A stretch of DNA of 24,000 nucleotides, taken from positions 5,846 through 29,845 of the forward strand of contig DASYFN010000101.1 of assembly GCA_036498385.1 (NCBI GenBank), in the 5' to 3' direction. The stretch comes from Klebsiella sp. (GTDB lineage Bacteria > Pseudomonadota > Gammaproteobacteria > Enterobacterales > Enterobacteriaceae). The notes beneath the pieces are model-generated. The model was not told the origin of the DNA. It was given only the letters and a program-made list of their open reading frames with translations, and made no database searches. The position numbers and the translations under genes were made by a program. Shown piece after piece: positions 17,740 to 23,580 of the stretch (position 1 is its first letter; each line of letters starts with the position of its first letter).

Positions 17740-17775
17740 CATGATTCGGGCTACAGGGCTGTAGCCCGAATCATG
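17740..17775. repeat. 36-bp perfect palindrome (17-bp arms, 2-nt centre) filling the kdgR/yobH convergent gap
   Basis: CATGATTCGGGCTACAG-GG-CTGTAGCCCGAATCATG, read directly. There is no U-tract on either side. Confidence 0.8.
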
Positions 17776-17776
17776 A

Positions 17777-18016
17777 CTAGCCGTTATCAACAACCGTGAC
17801 GCTTTTTCGCAGAATAGGGCAATCGGTAATGCCGATAATACCGCTGCTGGAATGAATATATTGTGTAGTACTGATGCCGCGAGCCGTAAGATACTTACAT
17901 TGTAATCCTAACCCTCCGGCATTCTCACTACTGCCGATTAATACCCCGTAACCGCTTAATAATACGCCAATCCACAAGATAGCCAGCACCACAATGGTGC
18001 GAATAATCAATCGCAT
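17777..18016 (-). CDS. yobH: Small membrane/secreted protein YobH
   Basis: 79 aa. MRLIIRTIVVLAILWIGVLLSGYGVLIGSSENAGGLGLQCKYLTARG...ITDCPILRKSVTVVDNG matches E. coli YobH (79 aa). Confidence 0.85.
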   Translation of the reverse strand: MRLIIRTIVVLAILWIGVLLSGYGVLIGSSENAGGLGLQCKYLTARGISTTQYIHSSSGIIGITDCPILRKSVTVVDNG

Positions 18017-18257
18017 GTCGCCTCAATATGTGTATTATCCTTGCGTCTATTCTGTCACGAACATGAGTTGAAACAAGTCTATGATTCCTAAACTTGCCTT
18101 TCGTATTACAGTGATACCCTAAATAATTCGAGTTGCAGGACAAAATGGTTAACCGTTTTGAACAGCGCTTGCGCTGGCCCGTAAGGATAAGGCTCATGAA
18201 TGAACCGAGTAACAGAGTCAACACACATACAACTTGAAGTATGATGGGTATAGCCGC

Positions 18258-18297
18258 GGTTTAAGAAGGTCATGTTATCCTGGCGACATCTGATACT
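18258..18297 (+). promoter_or_regulatory. Putative mgrB promoter with a PhoP-box-like direct repeat
   Basis: GGTTTA at 18258-18263. There are two possible second half-sites: GTCATG after 5 nt (canonical spacing, poor match) or TGTTAT at 18273-18278 after 9 nt (good match, odd spacing). The -10 candidate GATACT at 18292-18297 lies 13 nt after TGTTAT. mgrB is a classic PhoP-activated gene. Confidence 0.35.
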
Positions 18298-18312
18298 GAT
18301 GCGGAGAGTGGG

Positions 18313-18456
18313 GTGAAAAAATTACGCTGGGTTTTACTGATAGTCATCATAGCAGGCTGTTTACTGCTATGGACTCAGATGCTTAACGTAATGTGCGATC
18401 AGGATGTTCAGTTCTACAGCGGCATCTGCACTATCAATAAGTTTATTCCCTGGTAA
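18313..18456 (+). CDS. mgrB: MgrB, 47-aa membrane peptide that feeds back on the PhoQ sensor kinase
   Basis: Hand translation gives (GTG)[46 protein letters not shown] with stop at 18454-18456. This closely matches E. coli MgrB ([47 protein letters not shown]). It starts with GTG, with GGAGAG at 18303-18308. It is absent from the ORF track because of its size. Confidence 0.88.
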   Translation: MKKLRWVLLIVIIAGCLLLWTQMLNVMCDQDVQFYSGICTINKFIPW

Positions 18457-18495
18457 GACATTTTTAATATGACTGATTTTCTTCTGCTGCGTGGG

Positions 18496-18504
18496 TGGTA
18501 GAAT
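18496..18504 (+). promoter_or_regulatory. Candidate extended -10 promoter for yebO
   Basis: TGgTAGAAT at 18496-18504, 27 nt upstream of the yebO ATG. This is motif only, and no good -35 is present. Confidence 0.3.
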
Positions 18505-18530
18505 AAGCGCCTTCTCTTTGAGGTGGTGAA

Positions 18531-18821
18531 ATGAGTGAGTTACTAAATCCTGGGATTGTAAGTCTGGCATCCGTGGCGCTTTCAGTTGTGCTGTTGCTTG
18601 TCGGCTTGTTGTTATGGTTTTTTGTTAATCGTGCCAGTTCGCGCGCTAATGAGCAAATAGCGCTGTTGCAGGCTCTGCTGGATCAGCAAAAGCGACAAAA
18701 TGTGCTGTTGCGCCGTCTCTGCGAGGCCAATAAGCCTGAGAAGGAGAGTGCTATTGAACCTTCAGTCGTCGAGAAGGGGAAAGGCGACGACGACTTCATC
18801 CGTCTTGTTGCAGAGCGCTAA
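18531..18821 (+). CDS. yebO: Small single-pass membrane protein YebO
   Basis: 96 aa. ...LLLVGLLLWFFVNRASSRANEQIALLQALLDQQKRQNVLLRRLCEANKPEK...FIRLVAER matches E. coli YebO (95 aa). The RBS is GAGGTGGTGA. Confidence 0.85.
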   Translation: MSELLNPGIVSLASVALSVVLLLVGLLLWFFVNRASSRANEQIALLQALLDQQKRQNVLLRRLCEANKPEKESAIEPSVVEKGKGDDDFIRLVAER

Positions 18822-18982
18822 TCTGATTGGCAGGTGTGCATCGTACGGTGTGCGCCTGTATCTCACTCCGGTCTATAACTTATTCTTATCTATAAATCTT
18901 CTGCTGACGGTTATCCTGCACGCTGGCAAGCGGACGCTGCTCGTTAATCGCCTCTTTAATTAGTTTGTTTAATTAATCAAAT

Positions 18983-19018
18983 AAAAGAACAGAAAAGGCC
19001 TGACTGTCATCAGGGCTT
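18983..19018 (-). terminator. Orphan minus-strand Rho-independent terminator with no ORF upstream
   Basis: The minus strand reads AAGCCCTGA-TGACAG-TCAGGCCTT followed by TTCTGTTCTTTT. The stem is 9 bp with one C.C mismatch, and the tail is U-rich. The plus-strand tail is not T-rich, so the signal is strand-specific. Confidence 0.5.
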
Positions 19019-19430
19019 CATTAATGGCGTGCAGTATAGAACATATTTTAAGTTCTTCAATTAGTGAACTGCAATATTATGAAATATCCTATTAAAGCAA
19101 TTTTTCAACTATCGATATGAGCTTTTATATGCATTTTTATGCAGTGATTGTTGCATCCCTTACTGTTGGCAGTTTGACTATATATGGGGCCAGACACGCT
19201 GAAGTTATTGAGTTATGGCGGATAAGTTGCCGTTATGGGGGATATATCGGGGAGACAGGCGTGGGGCAGCAAGGATAAGGCTGAGGGAGCAATGTCGCAT
19301 AAATGTGCAGATGATCAAATGATTCCCTTATAATCTGTGCGAGCGATCGTGACCCCTCTAAAAATGGCTTGCCATTATTTACGTAGTATGTGATAACACA
19401 TTTCGGGTTAAACGAGGTACAGTTCTGTTT

Positions 19431-19547
19431 ATGTGTGGCATTTTCAGTAAAGAAGTCCTGAGTAAACACGTTGTCGTTGAATACCGCTTCTCTGCCGAAC
19501 CTTATATTAGTGCCTCATGCAGTCGTGTGTCAGTTTTATCTATGTAA
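19431..19547 (+). CDS. yobF: Small protein YobF (38 codons here), upstream gene of the yobF-cspC operon
   Basis: Hand translation gives [38 protein letters not shown] with stop TAA at 19545-19547. This matches residues 1-38 of the remembered E. coli YobF (47 aa). It is below the track cut-off. Confidence 0.75.
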   Translation: MCGIFSKEVLSKHVVVEYRFSAEPYISASCSRVSVLSM

Positions 19548-19587
19548 GCGCCCAAGGGCGAAGAAAACAGTCTAAGGAATTTTGCAA

Positions 19588-19797
19588 ATGGCAAAGATTA
19601 AAGGTCAAGTTAAGTGGTTCAACGAGTCTAAAGGTTTTGGTTTCATTACTCCGGCTGATGGCAGCAAAGATGTGTTCGTACACTTCTCTGCTATCCAGGG
19701 TAACGGCTTCAAAACTCTGGCTGAAGGCCAGAACGTTGAGTTCGAAATTCAGGACGGCCAGAAAGGTCCAGCTGCAGTTAACGTAACTGCTATCTGA
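19588..19797 (+). CDS. cspC: Cold-shock-domain protein CspC
   Basis: [69 protein letters not shown], 69 aa, is the CspC sequence. AAGGA lies at 19574-19578. The track start at 19582 (TTG) is two codons too early. Confidence 0.95.
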
Positions 19798-19822
19798 TTC
19801 AAGACCACTCAATCTTGTAAGA

Positions 19823-19847
19823 AAGCCTCGCATCTGCGGGGCTTTTT
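19823..19847 (+). terminator. Rho-independent terminator after cspC
   Basis: AAGCCTCGC-ATCT-GCGGGGCTT followed by TTT. The stem has one mismatch. Confidence 0.7.
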
Positions 19848-19987
19848 AGTCTTTGTTGCACAACATGTCAATTTTCCTCCCTCCGTTGCGCTTTGTTGCA
19901 AAACAACACCTTTATTAGCACTGTTTAGCAACCTGTTTTGTATATATCTGTTAAATCAGGTGGTTGTAAAAAAATGATGGAGCTAAG

Positions 19988-21733
19988 GTGCAAAAGAACA
20001 AACGTAAATCAGTCGCTAATTTTACCCCTCTTCGGTTTGGGTTGTTATGCGTGGTCATTCTTTGCTGTATGGGGCTGCTGCTGGTCCGGGTAGGCTGGCT
20101 GCAAATTGTTTCTCCTGACAATCTGGTGAGACAAGAAGATATGCGCTCCTTGCGCGAAGAGCCTATTGATGTGCAACGTGGAATGATTAGCGACCGCGAG
20201 GGCCGTCCGCTGGCGGTTAGTGTTCCGGTGAGCGCCATCTGGATCGATCCGCAGACAACGCTCGAAAAGGGTGGAGTAGGATACGGCCCACGCTGGCAGG
20301 CAATGGCTCAAGCTTTACATCTCAACCTTAGCGAGCTGGCCCATCGCGTGGAGGCGCATCCTCACGCGCGGTTTCTCTATCTGGCGCGCCAGATAAACCC
20401 GGAGCAGGCGGAATGGATTGACAGGCTGCACCTGCCGGGTATCAATTTGCGCGATGAGTCGCGTCGTTTTTATCCGGCCGGGCAAGTTGCCGCTAACCTG
20501 CTGGGTTTTACCAATATTGATAATCAGGGGATTGAAGGGGTAGAGAAAAGTTTTAACGCTCAGCTGACAGGTCTGCCCGGGCGCCGACTGGTGCGAAAAG
20601 ACCGCCACGGTAATGTCATCGAAAATATCACTGAAGTACCGGCAGTCCCGGCTCACAATTTGCAACTGAGTATTGATGAGCGTCTGCAAACGGTGACCGA
20701 AGACGCGCTGGATAACGCCGTGCGCTGGAACAAAGCGGAATCAGGCGCGGCGGTATTAATTAAAATTGATACCGGGGAAATTCTGTCAATGGCCAGCTAC
20801 CCGGATTTCAACCCTAACAACCGCGATGACGCGAAGCTGGATGATTTCCGCAATCGTGCGATCAGTGATACTTTCGAGCCGGGTTCGACGGTTAAGCCGC
20901 TGGTGCTGATGGCCGCGCTCCAGCAGGGGATTGTTCAGCCGGATAGTGTGGTGGATACCCATCCGTTTATCCTCGATGGTCATCGTATTCGCGACGTGGG
21001 TTATTATCCTGAATTATCCCTCACCGGCATCCTGCAAAAATCCAGCGATACCGGCGTTTCACATTTGTCGCTGGCCATGCCGATTCAACATCTCATCGAT
21101 ACTTATAAAGCGTTCGGTTTCGGCGACGCTACCGGCCTCGGATTAACCGGCGAGAGTGCCGGGTTGATGCCGCAGCGCCGCTATTGGGGGCAACTGGACC
21201 GGGCGACATTCGCTTTCGGCTATGGCCTGATGGTAACGCCACTTCAACTGGCGCACGTTTATGCCACCATCGGCAGCTACGGTATCGAGCGTCCGCTATC
21301 GATCACCCGTATCGACCCACCAGTTATGGGCACCCGGGTAATGCCGGAGCAGATTGTGCATGAAGTCGAGCATATGATGGAGAGCGTAGCCTTACCGGGC
21401 GGCGGTGGGACCAAAGCTGCGGTACGCGATTATCGGGTGGCGGTAAAAACCGGTACCGCCAAAAAAACCGGGCCTGATGGTAAATATATCGATAAGTACG
21501 TTGCCTACACTGCAGGCGTCGCGCCAGCCAGTAACCCGAAATTCGCGCTGGTGGTGGTGATGAACGATCCCAGCAATGGTTCATATTACGGCGGGGCGGT
21601 TTCGGCGCCGGTATTCAGTCAGATCATGGGCGATGTCCTGCGCCTGGAAAACGTCATGCCAGATGGGATGCCGCAGGGGTCAGAAAACCTTATCGTGATG
21701 CATCATGAAGGAGCCCTGTCGCCTGCGTTGTAG
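19988..21733 (+). CDS. Class B penicillin-binding protein, FtsI (PBP3) paralogue of the PBP3SAL type
   Basis: 581 aa with a GTG start 6 nt after GGAG. It has an N-terminal TM anchor. It is collinear with E. coli FtsI throughout, for example GIEGVEKSF, FEPGSTVKP, LTGILQKSS, FGYGLMVTPLQLAHVYATIGSYG and KTGTAKK. The catalytic motifs are S300-T-V-K, S352-S-D and K487-T-G. It lies outside the dcw cluster, between cspC and rlmA, which are adjacent in E. coli K-12. Confidence 0.92.
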   Translation: MQKNKRKSVANFTPLRFGLLCVVILCCMGLLLVRVGWLQIVSPDNLVRQEDMRSLREEPIDVQRGMISDREGRPLAVSVPVSAIWIDPQTTLEKGGVGYGPRWQAMAQALHLNLSELAHRVEAHPHARFLYLARQINPEQAEWIDRLHLPGINLRDESRRFYPAGQVAANLLGFTNIDNQGIEGVEKSFNAQLTGLPGRRLVRKDRHGNVIENITEVPAVPAHNLQLSIDERLQTVTEDALDNAVRWNKAESGAAVLIKIDTGEILSMASYPDFNPNNRDDAKLDDFRNRAISDTFEPGSTVKPLVLMAALQQGIVQPDSVVDTHPFILDGHRIRDVGYYPELSLTGILQKSSDTGVSHLSLAMPIQHLIDTYKAFGFGDATGLGLTGESAGLMPQRRYWGQLDRATFAFGYGLMVTPLQLAHVYATIGSYGIERPLSITRIDPPVMGTRVMPEQIVHEVEHMMESVALPGGGGTKAAVRDYRVAVKTGTAKKTGPDGKYIDKYVAYTAGVAPASNPKFALVVVMNDPSNGSYYGGAVSAPVFSQIMGDVLRLENVMPDGMPQGSENLIVMHHEGALSPAL

Positions 21734-21793
21734 CGGTGGCCTGGAGGGGCGAATAGCGCTACACTTTCGCCCTTTCAGTACACCGGAGTTGTC

Positions 21794-22588
21794 ATGTCTT
21801 ACAGTTGCCCACTTTGCCACGCGCCGCTTAACCGTCGCGATAATAGCTATATCTGCCCGCAGCGGCATCAGTTCGATCTGGCGAAGGAAGGGTACGTCAA
21901 TTTGCTGCCGGTACAGTTTAAGCGCTCCCGCGATCCGGGCGACAGCGCTGAAATGATGCAGGCCCGGAGAGCATTCCTCGACGCGGGACATTATCAGCCT
22001 CTTCGCAACGCTATCTGCACTTATCTGCAAACCTTTGCGCCGAAGGATTTACTGGATATTGGCTGCGGGGAAGGGTACTACACTCACGCTTTTGCCACTA
22101 TCGCCAATCGTAGTTGGGGTCTGGACGTGTCGAAATCCGCTATTCGCGCTGCAGCAAAACGTTATCCGCAGGTCAGCTTTTGCGTCGCCTCCAGCCAGCG
22201 TTTACCGTTTGAGGATGCGAGCCTGGATGCGATAGTGCGAATTTATGCCCCCTGCAATGCTTTTGAGCTGGCGCGCGTTGTCAGGCCCGGTGGTTGGGTC
22301 ATCACCGCGACGCCAGGACCTCGTCACTTGATGGAGCTGAAAGGGTTGATATACGACGAAGTGCGTTTTCATGAGCAGAGCACGGAAGAACTGGAAGGGT
22401 TCACATTACGTCACCAGCAGCAACTGGCCTATCCGATGCAGCTTAACGGCAGCGAGGCAGAAGCTTTACTGCAAATGACGCCGTTTGCGTGGCGGGCAAA
22501 GCCGTCGGTTCGGGAAATGCTGCGCCAGCAGGCACTATTTGGCTGCCAGACCGATTTTGCTATTCACTGCTGGCAGCGTGATGCCTGA
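21794..22588 (+). CDS. rlmA: 23S rRNA m1G745 methyltransferase RlmA (RrmA)
   Basis: 264 aa. It has the N-terminal zinc-ribbon [12 protein letters not shown]...[22 protein letters not shown] and the SAM motif [10 protein letters not shown], and is collinear with E. coli RlmA (269 aa). The RBS is GGAG at 21785-21788. Confidence 0.92.
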   Translation: MSYSCPLCHAPLNRRDNSYICPQRHQFDLAKEGYVNLLPVQFKRSRDPGDSAEMMQARRAFLDAGHYQPLRNAICTYLQTFAPKDLLDIGCGEGYYTHAFATIANRSWGLDVSKSAIRAAAKRYPQVSFCVASSQRLPFEDASLDAIVRIYAPCNAFELARVVRPGGWVITATPGPRHLMELKGLIYDEVRFHEQSTEELEGFTLRHQQQLAYPMQLNGSEAEALLQMTPFAWRAKPSVREMLRQQALFGCQTDFAIHCWQRDA

Positions 22589-22591
22589 GGA

Positions 22592-23158
22592 TTAACCTGT
22601 GAAATGGCTCCAGAGTATCTGGGCGCCAATACCGATCAGCACAATACCGCCAAGTATTTCCGCCCGCTTGCCGAGCAGCGGGCCGATAAAACGTCCTACC
22701 ATTATGCCCAGCGTTGACATAATCAGCGTGGCGCAACCGATAGCCAGCGCGGTGGCGATAATATTGACCTGCAGAAAAGCCAGGCCAACACCGACGGCCA
22801 TTGCATCGAGGCTGGTGGCGAAAGCGGTAGTGGCGAGTAACCAGAAACCATGACGGCGGGGAGCTTCGCACTCTTCGTCATCGCCGCCGCGAAACCCTTC
22901 GACAACCATCCGACCGCCAAGAAAAACCAGCAGCACAAAAGCAATCCAGTGGTTCCACTCGAGAACGAACTGGCTGGCGAGCATCCCCATACCCCAACCG
23001 ACGAGCGGAGTGAGTGTTTCGATAGCACCAAAGATGAGGCCTGTGCGCAGGGCTTCAGAAAATTTAGGTTTATGGAGGGTTGCGCCTTTGCCGATAGAAG
23101 CCGCGAAGGCGTCCATTGACATACCGAAGGCAAGAAGAATTGTAGCGGATATATTCAT
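22592..23158 (-). CDS. mntP: Manganese efflux pump MntP (YebN)
   Basis: 188 aa. [62 protein letters not shown]... is near-identical to E. coli MntP (188 aa). Confidence 0.93.
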   Translation of the reverse strand: MNISATILLAFGMSMDAFAASIGKGATLHKPKFSEALRTGLIFGAIETLTPLVGWGMGMLASQFVLEWNHWIAFVLLVFLGGRMVVEGFRGGDDEECEAPRRHGFWLLATTAFATSLDAMAVGVGLAFLQVNIIATALAIGCATLIMSTLGIMVGRFIGPLLGKRAEILGGIVLIGIGAQILWSHFTG

Positions 23159-23254
23159 GAGAGCGTCCTGACCGGGGATAATCCATATGACACATCGCCG
23201 CCCCCAGTAAAAATACGCAGCCCATCATGATGAGGAAGCGCCGCGTACAGCAGT

Positions 23255-23385
23255 GATGTGTCTATGGTCTCGCCTGATTGAATACGTTCTTCTTCAACCC
23301 GCACGTGCCACGTTTTGCAACGAGTATGTTGACACGGACATTTTCTGACAGGCAGAAAATTGGCTACTCCCCAACGACGGGCGCA
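23255..23385 (-). promoter_or_regulatory. yybP-ykoY Mn2+ riboswitch aptamer in the mntP 5' leader
   Basis: The minus strand contains the hallmark GGGGAGTAG (complement of 23364-23372). It also has TCAACATAC and CAGGCGAGACCATAGAC (complement of about 23260-23276). The element sits about 100-225 nt upstream of the mntP ATG, as in E. coli. Boundaries are approximate. Confidence 0.8.
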
Positions 23386-23439
23386 ACCTTAACATAATTT
23401 TAGGACATGAAACAATAATACCAGCAGGTTATTTTGCAT

Positions 23440-23458
23440 TCAAATGATAACGATTTTC
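23440..23458. promoter_or_regulatory. Fur-box-like site upstream of mntP
   Basis: TCAAATGATAACGATTTTC matches 13 of 19 positions of GATAATGATAATCATTATC by my hand alignment. The core is the palindrome ATGATAA-CGA-TTTTCAT. E. coli mntP is reported to be Fur-repressed. Confidence 0.3.
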
Positions 23459-23512
23459 ATTTAAATTTGAGGTAAATAATTCGTTAAGAAATATCGATGA
23501 ATTAAACGGGTG

Positions 23513-23534
23513 AAATATAGCCACGGCTATATTT
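23513..23534. promoter_or_regulatory. MntR-operator-like palindrome, box 1 (also a hairpin just after yobD)
   Basis: AAATATAGC-CACG-GCTATATTT is a perfect inverted repeat, extending to 13-bp arms at 23510-23537. It differs by one base per half from the remembered E. coli mntH MntR operator AAACATAGC-N4-GCTATGTTT. Confidence 0.55.
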
Positions 23535-23554
23535 CACCCGCCGGGAAGCGATTG

Positions 23555-23574
23555 AATATAACGCGAGCTATATT
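23555..23574. promoter_or_regulatory. MntR-operator-like palindrome, box 2
   Basis: AATATAAC-GCGA-GCTATATT has the same architecture as box 1 with one arm mismatch. It is centred about 40 bp from box 1. Confidence 0.4.
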
Positions 23575-23580
23575 TATAAC

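Noticed and set aside
18145-18237. 30-aa plus-strand ORF (MVNRFEQRLRWPVRIRLMNEPSNRVNTHTT) between yobH and mgrB, with AGGA 4 nt upstream; also the adjacent palindrome CAGCGCTTGCGCTG
   Set aside because: The product is basic and low-complexity with no recognisable family. The region is the divergent yobH/mgrB control region. There is not enough evidence for a gene.
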